DNA from: a virus
Taxonomy: Duplodnaviria > Heunggongvirae > Uroviricota > Caudoviricetes
IMG/VR virus record: IMGVR_UViG_3300023174_000034
Strand: one strand, 5' to 3'
DNA: 64,000 bases
Shown here: positions 34,826 to 45,245 of the stretch, in pieces
How the letters are laid out: every line of letters begins with the position of its first letter
Position numbering within the stretch: the stretch's first letter is position 1
Position numbers and translations under genes: made by a program
Notes under the pieces: model-generated
Told to the model about the DNA's origin: nothing
Database searches by the model: none
The model's input: only the letters and a program-made list of their open reading frames with translations

Positions 34826-35539
34826 ATGTTAAAGCACGTAGTCAAACACAATAACCGCAAAGCGGCTCTATTATATCGTCAAGTGCCTGGTGAAGATCAC
34901 ATGTGCCTTTTGGTATATAGTGACTTGCTACCACGCATGATCCACGATGAAATCATGAAGGTACTAGAAAGTGCAGTTGGCCAACAAGCCAATGATCTAG
35001 CTGATGCACTATTTCGCAACATCATGCCCGATGGTAAGAATACCTTACATGTATTACATACAGATGGCATGATTCAAAAGGTGCCATGCAACCAAGTGGT
35101 TGTACAAGCAAACGCCAAATCAAATGTTCGATTGGATGAGCTGAACGGCATCCTAAACGAAATGGCTCAAGGCCAGGAAGCAGTACAACGTCTTGCTGAA
35201 CTTGATGCTAAAGTAACTGGTTGGACACCTGCACAGCAAACTGAGCAGAATGCCAAGAATGCCGCAAAGAAAAGAGCCAAGCAAGATGAAGGCCGCGAAG
35301 TTGGAGTGCCACCAAATGCGGCCCGGCCTGTCGACCTTCCTACTGTGACAGAAAGTGCATTGTCAAACATTGATATTGCACAAAATCTTCTAGACCAAGC
35401 AGAACGCATGAAGCAACAAGCCGCTAGCATGTTAGCCGAAGTCACAAAATTAACCAACCAAGCAATCGCGTTAACTCCAGCGCCAGCCGTGAAGGTAACA
35501 AAAGCAAATGGCACGAAAACCAAAGTCAAAGCGAATTAA
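34826..35539 (+). CDS. hypothetical protein
   Basis: 237 aa with coiled-coil C-terminus. Confidence 0.65.
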   Translation: MLKHVVKHNNRKAALLYRQVPGEDHMCLLVYSDLLPRMIHDEIMKVLESAVGQQANDLADALFRNIMPDGKNTLHVLHTDGMIQKVPCNQVVVQANAKSNVRLDELNGILNEMAQGQEAVQRLAELDAKVTGWTPAQQTEQNAKNAAKKRAKQDEGREVGVPPNAARPVDLPTVTESALSNIDIAQNLLDQAERMKQQAASMLAEVTKLTNQAIALTPAPAVKVTKANGTKTKVKAN

Positions 35540-35834
35540 CGTAGACACAAGAGATCGTTGGAAACAAATTCTTAAAACAGTAAGCAAGGATGAAGTTCCT
35601 GTATCGCTACTAGAGAAAGTTCATGTTAATTTAATTGATGGCAGTACAGTAGAAGTAGACATAGCTCAGTTGTTATCAGAAGGGATGCACCCAGATGAAA
35701 TCAAAGATGAGTTAAATGACCGACTCAAGAAGATGGATGAAATTATCAAGGACGTTGATTTCTTCATCTCCATTGAGAACGTGGCAAAAACTGTACAACC
35801 TGTCACCGACGATATCTTAAAAACTCTCACATGA
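35508..35834 (+). CDS. hypothetical protein
   Basis: 108-aa overlapping ORF. Confidence 0.6.
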   Translation: MARKPKSKRINVDTRDRWKQILKTVSKDEVPVSLLEKVHVNLIDGSTVEVDIAQLLSEGMHPDEIKDELNDRLKKMDEIIKDVDFFISIENVAKTVQPVTDDILKTLT

Positions 35835-36346
35835 TCCGCAGTATATTTTCTATAGACCAGCGGGGAGGCCTAGGCAACAAAGGCTCTCTGCCATGGGCCA
35901 GTGACTCAGAAGATATGGCATGGTTCAAAGAAGCCACGACTAATGGCGTGGTTATCATGGGGCGGCGTACCTGGAACGATCCCAAGATGCCCAAGCCGTT
36001 ACCAGATAGAATCAATGTTGTATTGAGCAGTATGCCAGTTGTATCTGCCAGCAAGAGTGTGTTCACCCGTTCAGGCGATATACGTAGTATATTGTTAGAC
36101 GTACAAGGTCGTTGGCCCGGAAAAGATGTCTGGATCATTGGCGGTTCCGAACTGCTGATGGAAAGCAAAGACTACTGTGATGAAATGTGGATTGCACATC
36201 GCAAAGGCGCATACTTTACAGATGTGCGTGTTGACCTAAACAAATACATGACAGGAACTAGAATATTAAGTTCTGTTCCCAATCAAGCTCGCACCATCAA
36301 CTGGTGTACTTATAGAAACATAGATTTATTTAGACCATACCTATGA
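35831..36346 (+). CDS. frd: dihydrofolate reductase
   Basis: GLGNKGSLPW...DMAWFK, VIMGRRTW, PLPDRINVVLS, WIIGG. Confidence 0.92.
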   Translation: MIRSIFSIDQRGGLGNKGSLPWASDSEDMAWFKEATTNGVVIMGRRTWNDPKMPKPLPDRINVVLSSMPVVSASKSVFTRSGDIRSILLDVQGRWPGKDVWIIGGSELLMESKDYCDEMWIAHRKGAYFTDVRVDLNKYMTGTRILSSVPNQARTINWCTYRNIDLFRPYL

Positions 36347-37251
36347 AAACATACCTTGATGCACTACAACAAGTATTAGATACAGGTGTTACTCGCAAGG
36401 ATCGTACCGGTACTGGTACTATTGGTGTATTTGGTATGCAACAACGCTATGATCTGAGCACGGGCTTTCCTGCTGTGACTACCAAGAAGCTGGCATGGCG
36501 AAGTGTTGTGTCCGAGTTGCTGTGGTTCATTGAAGGGTCAGGGGACGAAAATAGGCTGCGAGAGATATTACATGGTAGCACCGAGTCTAGCAAGACAACC
36601 ATCTGGTCTGCCAATGCCACAGCACCATATTGGACACCCCGAGCAAAGTATCCAGGCGACCTGGGTCGTGTGTATGGTGTACAATGGCGCCACTGGCGCA
36701 CCCCTATGGAAACTGGTGGATCATTTACGAATGACTTTGGTCATTCGTTTAGTGTAAGAGAAGGTATCAATATAGTAGAAGTTGATCAGATCAAACAGCT
36801 GATCGAGGGTATAAAAGCAGACCCATACGGAAGACGACATATATTATCAGCGTGGAACCCAGGTGAATTAAACTTGATGGCCCTGCCACCGTGTCATTGC
36901 TTTGCACAATTTTATGTAGCAGATGGTCGACTCAGTTGCCAGATGTATCAAAGAAGTTGCGACATGTTTTTAGGTGTCCCCTTTAATATCGCTAGCTACA
37001 GCCTGTTAACGGCCATGATAGCTCAAGTGTGCGGCCTTGAGGTCGGGGAGTTCGTTCACGTTCTCGGCGATGCACACATCTACCTAAATCATGTTGATCA
37101 GGTAAAAGAACAACTCACACGTGAACCCTTGCCTGCGCCAACTCTTTGGTTGAATCCTGACGTAACTGATATCACCCGGTTCAGTATGGACGATATTCGG
37201 TTAAATGACTACCAGTCACTCTCTAGTATATCTGCATCAATGGCTGTATAA
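36343..37251 (+). CDS. thyA: thymidylate synthase
   Basis: DRTGTGT, ELLWF, GRVYGVQWR, MALPPCH, QRSCDMFLGVPFN, GDAHIY; no intron. Confidence 0.96.
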   Translation: MKTYLDALQQVLDTGVTRKDRTGTGTIGVFGMQQRYDLSTGFPAVTTKKLAWRSVVSELLWFIEGSGDENRLREILHGSTESSKTTIWSANATAPYWTPRAKYPGDLGRVYGVQWRHWRTPMETGGSFTNDFGHSFSVREGINIVEVDQIKQLIEGIKADPYGRRHILSAWNPGELNLMALPPCHCFAQFYVADGRLSCQMYQRSCDMFLGVPFNIASYSLLTAMIAQVCGLEVGEFVHVLGDAHIYLNHVDQVKEQLTREPLPAPTLWLNPDVTDITRFSMDDIRLNDYQSLSSISASMAV

Positions 37252-37258
37252 TACAGAC

Positions 37259-37492
37259 ATGATACTGTTCAAAGAAATTGCCATGGGCGATGTCGAGGAT
37301 CCAGAGCTCTACGCGGCCTTCCCAATCAATGAGTGGGAAAAAAGCGAAGTAGGTCAATGGGTCATGGCCCATGCTGTTGAGACTCCTAGTTTTCGTATTG
37401 TAATTAACCATCAAAGTTATGGTTACATGGTACAGATCTACGGCAAGCTTCGCGAGCAGGACGAAATAATTTATAGGTTAAAATACACATGA
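37259..37492 (+). CDS. hypothetical protein
   Basis: MGDVEDPELYAA.P...WE.SE.GQWVM. Confidence 0.55.
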   Translation: MILFKEIAMGDVEDPELYAAFPINEWEKSEVGQWVMAHAVETPSFRIVINHQSYGYMVQIYGKLREQDEIIYRLKYT

Positions 37493-38466
37493 ACATTTTA
37501 GTAACAGGTGGGTGTGGTCTTATTGGACACAATGTTGTTAGTCAGCTGGAGCAACTGGGACACACGGTTGCTGTAACAGATACCAAAACAAACTACGGTA
37601 TCATTCCGCAAGAGGAAATTGATTACCTCATGAGCGAACGTCTTAAAAAGATCACGTCACCGGTGTACGGTGCAGACATTGCCAGTGACTCAATGGATTA
37701 CTTGTGCAAGAAGCACAGCATAGAAACTATTGTACATCTGGCCAGCTTGCCCAGACAAAAAGTTGTTAATGCAAATCCCATGTTGGGTGCAAGAACAATG
37801 ATGGAAGGCCTACTTAATCTACTGGAAACTGCACGTACAAACAATGTTAAAAAGTTTGTGTACGTCAGTAGTTCAATGGTATACGGTGACTTTGATAATA
37901 ATGTGACCGAAGATGCGCTGTGCAAGCCAATTGGGCAGTATGGCATTATGAAACTTGCAGGAGAAGACCTTGTCAAAGATTATACCCGTCGTGGTTGTTT
38001 TGATCACACTATTATCCGTCCCAGTGCTGTTTATGGGCCACTTGATGTTGAAGACCGAGTCGTTGCCAAATTCATGCTCACAGCAATGCGCGGCGGAGTG
38101 CTCCGAGTTAATGGAGCAAACGAAACCCTAGACTTTACCTACAGCGAAGATGCGGCCCGAGGCATTGTTGCTGCCACACTGTGTGATGCCGCAAACAACA
38201 AAACCTATAACATCACAAAAAGTCACTCTGTCAGCTTGTTAGAAGCCGCACAAAAGATCATGAATATTGCGTGTAACGGTACTATCGAAGTGCGTGACAA
38301 AGATGCAGACTTCCCGAGTCGTGGCGCTCTAAATATTGATGCGGCTCGAGAAGACTTTGGATTTGATCCGCAAGTGGATGTGCAAGAAGGATTCCACAAA
38401 TACTATGAATGGTTAAAACACAGCCCATACTGGCAGAAGAAACTAAATGAAGATTCCATTCACTAA
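37489..38466 (+). CDS. NAD-dependent nucleotide-sugar epimerase/dehydratase
   Basis: TGGCGLIG, YVSSSMVYG, YGIMK, RPSAVYGP, LDFTY. Confidence 0.88.
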   Translation: MNILVTGGCGLIGHNVVSQLEQLGHTVAVTDTKTNYGIIPQEEIDYLMSERLKKITSPVYGADIASDSMDYLCKKHSIETIVHLASLPRQKVVNANPMLGARTMMEGLLNLLETARTNNVKKFVYVSSSMVYGDFDNNVTEDALCKPIGQYGIMKLAGEDLVKDYTRRGCFDHTIIRPSAVYGPLDVEDRVVAKFMLTAMRGGVLRVNGANETLDFTYSEDAARGIVAATLCDAANNKTYNITKSHSVSLLEAAQKIMNIACNGTIEVRDKDADFPSRGALNIDAAREDFGFDPQVDVQEGFHKYYEWLKHSPYWQKKLNEDSIH

Positions 38467-39532
38467 TCTATATCAGCAGTACCTGGACTGCAAACCAGAA
38501 ATTGATTCGGCCATTGCAAAGGTCATTGCTTCCAGCAGTTTCATTACAGGACCAGACGTCACAAAGTTTGAATCAGAATTTGCACAATACGTAGGCGCCG
38601 AGGATTGTGCCAGCACAGGTTCGGGTACCACAGCATTGCTGTGTGCCATGCGAGCCTTAGGCATTGGGGAAGGTGACGAAGTGCTGACTACCCCACATAC
38701 GTTTGTGGCCACAACAGAAGCCATTGTTAGTGTGGGTGCCACGCCGGTGTTTGTGGACATTGATCCAGACACACATCTAATAGATCTAGATCTATTGGAA
38801 CAGGCAATCACTCCTTATACTTGTGCTATCTTGTTTGTGGATATCTACGGACAATGTCCAGACATGCAACGACTGAATGCTATCCGTGAAAAATACGACT
38901 TGTACATTGTGGAAGATGCCGCACATAGCCTAGGCAATACATTCATGGGTCGTACTGTCGGCAGCTTTGCCGACATCACTTGTTTCAGTTTCAATCCTGT
39001 GAAAAACTTGGGTGCCATGGGCGATGCAGGTTGTGCAGTAGGACAGAAGATACTGATGGATCAGGTACGTATGTATCGCGATCACGGACGTACAGGGCGC
39101 TACGACATCGTGGAGATAGGATATAATGCACGTATCGACAACATGCAAAGCAATATCGTACTGGCCAAACTGCCTAAACTATACACCTGGTTAGAACGCA
39201 AGCGTACAATCTGTGCCTACTACAATCATCATCTCAAAGATGTGGTCAAGACTGTTAAAAGAGTGCAAGGTAACAGTCACAGTTACTATGTGTACGTTAT
39301 ACAAACGCCACAGCGTGACGGTCTCCGCAAGTTCTTGGAAGCCAAAGGTATTGGTACCAACATACACTATGCTACCACCACACACCAACAACCTGCATAC
39401 CTGCCTTGGTATCGTCCTTGCCCGGTAGCAGAACGTACAGTAAACGAAATCCTCAGCTTGCCGTGTTGGCCAAGCATGACCGACGAAGAAGTCAACTATG
39501 TGGTCGACTGTGTCAAGGAGTTCTTTCAATGA
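38447..39532 (+). CDS. DegT/DnrJ/EryC1/StrS sugar aminotransferase
   Basis: GSGTTAL, TFVAT, EDAAHSLG, FSFNPVKNLGAMGDAG, GYNARID, LSLP. Confidence 0.92.
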   Translation: MKIPFTNLYQQYLDCKPEIDSAIAKVIASSSFITGPDVTKFESEFAQYVGAEDCASTGSGTTALLCAMRALGIGEGDEVLTTPHTFVATTEAIVSVGATPVFVDIDPDTHLIDLDLLEQAITPYTCAILFVDIYGQCPDMQRLNAIREKYDLYIVEDAAHSLGNTFMGRTVGSFADITCFSFNPVKNLGAMGDAGCAVGQKILMDQVRMYRDHGRTGRYDIVEIGYNARIDNMQSNIVLAKLPKLYTWLERKRTICAYYNHHLKDVVKTVKRVQGNSHSYYVYVIQTPQRDGLRKFLEAKGIGTNIHYATTTHQQPAYLPWYRPCPVAERTVNEILSLPCWPSMTDEEVNYVVDCVKEFFQ

Positions 39533-40419
39533 ACATGTGGCTGGTTGGTGCAGGCTACTGGGGTAGTAAACTGCTATCTGGGTTAGAAAAGCTAGGCGTA
39601 AATGGCCAAGTGATTGATATCAAAAACGGACAGACCATTGATGATATCAACGACCAAGGCCCTGTGATGCTGGCCACACCCTTGTGGGAACACTTTGGTC
39701 AGACCATGGAACTGCTGAGTCGTGGACACGATGTGTATGTAGAAAAGCCAGCGGCAGAATCCTGTGTTGAGGTCAGCAAGATGTCAGCAATGCTGAGAGA
39801 AGACCAACTGCTCATGGTAGGACATATCTTTATACATCATCCGCAGTTGGCTGAAATTAAAAATCTTATTGCTTCAGATAAAATAGGAAAGTTAGAACAT
39901 GTTACTAGCCGACGACTCAATTGGGGCATTTACCAAACACGCACCACACCTGTGCTAAGCCTTGCCGCACATGATATTAGTATTATCCTAGACGTGTGCG
40001 GCAACGAAGCCAGCATCTACGATGCCCACGGTTATTGTCACAGCGAGAATACACAATTTGATCGTGTGGTATTCCGCGGCGCCGCTGGCGGAATTACGTT
40101 TGATATTGATGTAAGCTGGACATGGCCTGTACGCACACGTGAAACAATTTTTCATGGCACTAAAGGACAAATTGTTTGGGACCAGGATGCTAATACTGTG
40201 ACTTTGTTTGGCAATCATATTGCAAACAATCGTGCTGTTGCTGATCCTAGTCCTGTTGTTAGCACATACCACTGGGACCTAACGCCACTGGAGTTTGAAT
40301 TAAAGCACTGGGTACACTGTGTCAACACACGCACTAGGCCACTGACAGGCGTGAGTAGTGCTTATCATGTGGCACGAGTTATTGATCAGGTTCATAACGA
40401 GATTGGAAGAAGGCCCTGA
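39529..40419 (+). CDS. Gfo/Idh/MocA oxidoreductase
   Basis: LVGAGYWG, ATP...H, VEKP, MVGH, LAAHD; start ATG 39529. Confidence 0.85.
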   Translation: MNMWLVGAGYWGSKLLSGLEKLGVNGQVIDIKNGQTIDDINDQGPVMLATPLWEHFGQTMELLSRGHDVYVEKPAAESCVEVSKMSAMLREDQLLMVGHIFIHHPQLAEIKNLIASDKIGKLEHVTSRRLNWGIYQTRTTPVLSLAAHDISIILDVCGNEASIYDAHGYCHSENTQFDRVVFRGAAGGITFDIDVSWTWPVRTRETIFHGTKGQIVWDQDANTVTLFGNHIANNRAVADPSPVVSTYHWDLTPLEFELKHWVHCVNTRTRPLTGVSSAYHVARVIDQVHNEIGRRP

Positions 40420-41707
40420 GCCATTCCCAACGAAACGCTTTTTTGAGCTCATGGTTGTTTGAAATATTGTCATCAAAGAATTGTGCGCCATCGTTTGCAC
40501 CTCTTAGAACCCACTCAGCATTTGCTCCTGTTGCGTGGGTTCGCCATACATGTATGCGATAGTCTGTTTCTACACTAGGTTCATCCAGTTGCCACTGGCA
40601 CAGTTTACTCACTTCACGGAATGCTGTGCGCCACGCATGGTAAGGAGTAATAGCAAACTCTCCGTACACACTGGTCAGTGGAATTGATTCTGTAGCAAAG
40701 CTCATGGTAAAGTCCATACCGCCAATCTGTTCCCAAGGCTTGGAATTCAATATTGATTCCTTATGGTACATGATGATGCCCATGTGTCCATAACACAACC
40801 CATTGCTGGCATTTAGTGCGTTGAAGATATATTGCTTGGGTGCTTGCCAACGATCAGGTACAAAAGAGAAGTCCCAGCCTTCGTGTAGTCTTGTTTTGGC
40901 AAAGGTAGCATAAAACCAAGGTGTGGTACTTGTTGCGGCTGCGGCCTTTAAGGCATGTTCCATTCCTTCTACACCATGCACTCTTTGAGCTGTAGGAAAA
41001 CGGGCAACAAGTCTAGCCCAATTTTCATCTGCTTGTGGTTCATCGTAACTGATGAACACAATGTCTTGCTGTATACTTTGTACAGAGTTTACACGTACTA
41101 GATGCAGGTAATCATAAACCTGTGTCTTGAGGTAGTTTTGTGCTACTTTAGGCACAAGGCTGACACTATTATCCGCAGAAAAACTAATCAGCTGGTGGTG
41201 TTTTTCTCCCCACAGGCTAGGTTCAGTGTCTATGTGTGCTGTATATGTATTGCAGTTGAATAATTGATATTCGGATTGGAATTCCGTTGCCATAATTGTA
41301 GTGACCAAATCATTGTTGCCCACATGTACTTCGGGCCAGGCAACTCTTTTCGGGCCAGGGGAGTGATAGTTGACATCTTCGAACCATTCTAATAGTTCTG
41401 GCACCTGACGCTTGTATTCAGCAACAGGCACCAGCAGTATGTCTCCAAACTTTTGATCACCTGCGGCCCAACAATGTATTTGAGCAGCCTCCCATGGCAC
41501 TGGATCCCAATCAAATTCAAAGCCTACACAGTCTGAACAACTCATCACAATCCACACATGGCTTGTGCGAGAACGTTCTACACAACGCATGACAGTTGCC
41601 AGGACGCTGTGATAGTAGCGTGTGACTTGTGCATGTGGGTAACGCTGTTTGATTGACAGAATGTTTTGAGTGTGACTGCCTAGATCAACAACAAACATGT
41701 CATGCAT
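40379..41707 (-). CDS. two-domain GT-A-like protein
   Basis: C-terminal DIVFISYDEP..RVHGVEG..A.KAAA is paralogous to ORF 49207-50121; N-terminus is a degenerate copy. Confidence 0.6.
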   Translation of the reverse strand: MHDMFVVDLGSHTQNILSIKQRYPHAQVTRYYHSVLATVMRCVERSRTSHVWIVMSCSDCVGFEFDWDPVPWEAAQIHCWAAGDQKFGDILLVPVAEYKRQVPELLEWFEDVNYHSPGPKRVAWPEVHVGNNDLVTTIMATEFQSEYQLFNCNTYTAHIDTEPSLWGEKHHQLISFSADNSVSLVPKVAQNYLKTQVYDYLHLVRVNSVQSIQQDIVFISYDEPQADENWARLVARFPTAQRVHGVEGMEHALKAAAATSTTPWFYATFAKTRLHEGWDFSFVPDRWQAPKQYIFNALNASNGLCYGHMGIIMYHKESILNSKPWEQIGGMDFTMSFATESIPLTSVYGEFAITPYHAWRTAFREVSKLCQWQLDEPSVETDYRIHVWRTHATGANAEWVLRGANDGAQFFDDNISNNHELKKAFRWEWLRAFFQSRYEPDQ

Positions 41708-42779
41708 CTTCGTTTCTCCACGTGTACTCGTATGTGCGTGTGTGCTCGCTAGTCTCAATTGAATAGATATTAAGATGCTTGGTCAACAAGTCCCATACTG
41801 CATACGGGTCAGTTGTTCCAAATGCTTGCTCTACATCAACATCACCAATGTGTAAGTATCCTAGACTGTTGTTGATATCTGTGGAATCAATATTGTTGTC
41901 AGCAAGCCATTGCTTGAACTCTGTCATCTGTTTGTCGTGCCAATCAAACACACCATCCACAATAGTCTTACCCCATTCAATATCAAACTCGCCTGAGTAG
42001 TATTTGAGTTGTGTGATTGCTTCGCACACGGTTTCTGTTAACACAGGGGCATTTTCATCTCTAAATACTTCAAAGTAGGTTTTACCTATTTGCGCCCAGT
42101 GCATGTACACTCCACCGAGCTTGCGGTTGAATCCATTTTGTGCAAATCCCACACGGTGTTCATCTGTTAGTTCATAACGTGGTGCATTATGGAATGTGGT
42201 GATCTGTACAGGGCGTGTCCACTCAGGCAATAGCATGTGTTTGCGTTGGCTCAGTACCAAGTTTTCTATTTCGTGGCATAGTGTGTTAAGGCGTCCCATT
42301 GCTTGACGTATGTGTGCAGGTGCCGCACGAAAGTAATTGCTAGGAGATTCAACTGTGCCTTGCAGTCTTTCAAAGTGATTGTGTATGCGATTCATTATTT
42401 CATGCTTGGTGCTATGAAACAACATCTCCGGAAACATCTGTAGTGGTGCAACATACTCTGGTCCATAGCGTACCACATCTGGTGCGAACCAATCCTCAAT
42501 ACGATATTGCGGAAGATCATGCTGTTGCCAGTTGTAAGTGTTGAGCGTATAGATGGCTCGATTCATCTGCTCGCACAAGTATTCTATGTCGCGAGGTGTG
42601 TCTGGAAAGCCCAAAAAGCAGTAGCTCTTGTTAAGGCGTAGTCCACGTTTGAGTATGTCGTTTAGTCCTGCTAGCCAATCCTTTGCAAGTGCATGATCTG
42701 CGGCTGTGATTGTGTATACCAGATCATTGTTTGTGTCTGGATCTCTTAGCGTTACTCTGATTTGATTTGTTTCCACCAT
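41700..42779 (-). CDS. hypothetical protein
   Basis: 359 aa, coupled within the operon; HNHFE, YMHWAQIGKT. Confidence 0.6.
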   Translation of the reverse strand: MVETNQIRVTLRDPDTNNDLVYTITAADHALAKDWLAGLNDILKRGLRLNKSYCFLGFPDTPRDIEYLCEQMNRAIYTLNTYNWQQHDLPQYRIEDWFAPDVVRYGPEYVAPLQMFPEMLFHSTKHEIMNRIHNHFERLQGTVESPSNYFRAAPAHIRQAMGRLNTLCHEIENLVLSQRKHMLLPEWTRPVQITTFHNAPRYELTDEHRVGFAQNGFNRKLGGVYMHWAQIGKTYFEVFRDENAPVLTETVCEAITQLKYYSGEFDIEWGKTIVDGVFDWHDKQMTEFKQWLADNNIDSTDINNSLGYLHIGDVDVEQAFGTTDPYAVWDLLTKHLNIYSIETSEHTRTYEYTWRNEDA

Positions 42780-44065
42780 GCTAATACTTCTGGCCTTTGT
42801 GCTAATATGTGTTCTAGTGTGTATGTATCTCTGCGGTATGCTTCCAGATTGGAAACTGTATACTTGGCTTTGCGTTGACCTGCAAGGTATGTGTCAGGCC
42901 AGTGTTCTTCAAATGTAGACTGTGTACGTAGTTGATCGAACAAGTCTGCCACATAGTGTGCATCTGTTCCTAGCTCTGCTTCGATGTCATTGATCCAGGC
43001 GTTTAGCAGTTCACGCGGCAGTATCTGTGGACTCATGCTAATGGCAGGATCAAACGCAAAACACAATTTGGTAAGCAAGTCTACATCGTACTCTTTGGCC
43101 AGCTTAACAATGTTCACAACTTCTGTCAAGCCGGGTAAAGTAAGAGTAAAGTCAATTCTCATCTGCCTTTTATGTCGTTGGATTGCAAGCCCTGCTTCGA
43201 AGTTGGTTCGCCATTGACTGTAGTCAAGACCTGTTCTGATGTATTCGCCGGTTTGCGATGTTCCGTCAAGACTTGCACATATTTGATAATCTCGGAGATT
43301 AACAAGTATATCCCTGTACAGATTACTACCCCGGTAATCAATGCGGCTAAGATTTGTATTATATCTACTATAAACATTACGTCCATCTCCTAATTCAATG
43401 ATGCGTAGCATGTACTTCCAATGCTGTTCGTACATGAGTGGCTCTCCACCTACCCAATACACTTCTTCTACCCTGTGTTCTTCTACTGCTGTGGCAAACT
43501 CTTGTTCTACCGTGCTGTCTTGGAACGCTGTGATTTCTGCCTTGACATCCGGTTTCATCCAAAGATTATCAGGGTGCTCCCAATAGTCCTTGGTCACTGC
43601 ATTCATACCTTTGAGTTCAGTTTCCCAACTGCTACTCAACTTGTCACCACACATGCGGCATTTGAAGTTGCACAGGTTACTGAAGCGGTAATCCCAGCTC
43701 ACGGGCTTCATTGTTGTACTACCATCCGGTGCAGTGGACGCTTGTACTTGCGCCCACTTGTGACCAAATAGATTGGTAAAGTAATCGCGGTATACAGATG
43801 AATTTAACAGTTTGTTGTTACATACGTCACACTCCGGTATTGTTTCTCCGCTGAGCATACGCTGGCGCACGGATCGCATGTGTTCTCCGTTCCAATGATC
43901 TTCTAGCGTGATAGGTATGTATCGACCAGTGCCGGCACTGGTATCAATATACTGCATGAAGTTTTGTGCAGGTTCACGACTTGCACAACACAGCCTACGC
44001 TCAGTTTGTGGACTTAGGTATGTGTGCGTCCACGGAGCAAGGCATAGATTATTAGGTTTTTCCAT
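42752..44065 (-). CDS. radical SAM protein with N-terminal Twitch/SPASM-like domain (5)
   Basis: CLAPW...LCC...CDVC; CNFKCRMC; GGEP. Confidence 0.88.
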   Translation of the reverse strand: MEKPNNLCLAPWTHTYLSPQTERRLCCASREPAQNFMQYIDTSAGTGRYIPITLEDHWNGEHMRSVRQRMLSGETIPECDVCNNKLLNSSVYRDYFTNLFGHKWAQVQASTAPDGSTTMKPVSWDYRFSNLCNFKCRMCGDKLSSSWETELKGMNAVTKDYWEHPDNLWMKPDVKAEITAFQDSTVEQEFATAVEEHRVEEVYWVGGEPLMYEQHWKYMLRIIELGDGRNVYSRYNTNLSRIDYRGSNLYRDILVNLRDYQICASLDGTSQTGEYIRTGLDYSQWRTNFEAGLAIQRHKRQMRIDFTLTLPGLTEVVNIVKLAKEYDVDLLTKLCFAFDPAISMSPQILPRELLNAWINDIEAELGTDAHYVADLFDQLRTQSTFEEHWPDTYLAGQRKAKYTVSNLEAYRRDTYTLEHILAQRPEVLAWWKQIKSE

Positions 44066-45245
44066 ATCCCATTGCCTCGGCTATTTCGGTGTGTGTGTCT
44101 GCAAAGTTTTCTTTACGGTTAGCATCTGTTCTTTTCATGAACTCACAGAACCCTGTGCCATCTGTGCTTGTTCCGTTTTGTATAAAGCGGATAATACCTT
44201 CAACATCGTTGTGATACTTAGGATGGAAGATTCCATCACGTAGTTTTTCAATGACTGTTTCTTTTGCACAATCTCGCATGTGCCCAATATTCATATGAGG
44301 AGGATCGTGTAACATGTTTACGTAGGCCATGTTGAATCCTTGCGTGTCAACCCAACGGCATAGGTCTTCAAAGTAGTACACGTTCTGTACATTGATTGTC
44401 ATGCAGACTTGTAGTGTAATATTTCGTGACTCACGGCGTAGTTGTTTAGCATGTTCTATGTTGGCGCAAACCTCATTCCACTTTGCACCACTGCGTTCTA
44501 TTTCAAACTTAGTACCAATGTTGTCTATGCTAAATGCAATTTCTACATTCTTGAAATGTCTCCAAATATCCACAAGCTCTGCGTCCCATGTGGTGCCATT
44601 TGTATTGTAATGTATACTGATGTCTTTGGCGCAACCTAAGTCAACTGCTTGCTGAAGTAAATTAAAGTGTTCTTTAATAAGAAAAGGTTCACCACCTGTA
44701 AATTCAAAATACTTCACCTGTGGTAACAATGTTCCTAGATCTGTCCAGAATGTGTCTGATTTGCGTGGCCATTCACCTGCTCGTAATTGCAAGTATGCGC
44801 GAGTAGTTTTAGGATCACTGATTGTTTGATAATCCATTTCTTCTTGTGCCCACTTGCTACTTGACCATGTGCCGCATATACGACATTTCAAATTGCAGAT
44901 GTTGCCTAGTTTCAAATCAAGGAACCATAGTTGGTCAGGACTGGTATTGTACCAGTCTACTTGTGCTGTTTGATTTGCGAACTTTCGTAGGTGCCATTGT
45001 CGTTTGCTAGTACGACCAGCATCCTCTTCCGACCAACAGCGTTGACAAGTTTCAGGGCGTTCGGCATTTAAGAACTGCTGTCGTAGCTGTTGCATACTTT
45101 CACTCTTGTATGCTGTGGTCAAACCATCTGCAACTGTCAACCCGGGTATTTCCTCTGTGGCAAGACAACAAGGACGCAATGCACCCGTTGGTGTGGTCTC
45201 CATTGAGATCCAAGGTAATATACAGATCTTAGGGTGTGGGAGCAT
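44052..45245 (-). CDS. radical SAM protein with N-terminal Twitch/SPASM-like domain (4)
   Basis: CILPW...PCC...CQRC; CNLKCRIC; GGEP. Confidence 0.88.
   Translation of the reverse strand: MLPHPKICILPWISMETTPTGALRPCCLATEEIPGLTVADGLTTAYKSESMQQLRQQFLNAERPETCQRCWSEEDAGRTSKRQWHLRKFANQTAQVDWYNTSPDQLWFLDLKLGNICNLKCRICGTWSSSKWAQEEMDYQTISDPKTTRAYLQLRAGEWPRKSDTFWTDLGTLLPQVKYFEFTGGEPFLIKEHFNLLQQAVDLGCAKDISIHYNTNGTTWDAELVDIWRHFKNVEIAFSIDNIGTKFEIERSGAKWNEVCANIEHAKQLRRESRNITLQVCMTINVQNVYYFEDLCRWVDTQGFNMAYVNMLHDPPHMNIGHMRDCAKETVIEKLRDGIFHPKYHNDVEGIIRFIQNGTSTDGTGFCEFMKRTDANRKENFADTHTEIAEAMGYGKT

Noticed and set aside
36343-37251. ThyA as a dCMP/dUMP hydroxymethylase for pyrimidine hypermodification
   Set aside because: Canonical PCH and VPFN (Asn, dUMP-specific) motifs plus the adjacent DHFR indicate a normal thymidylate synthase.
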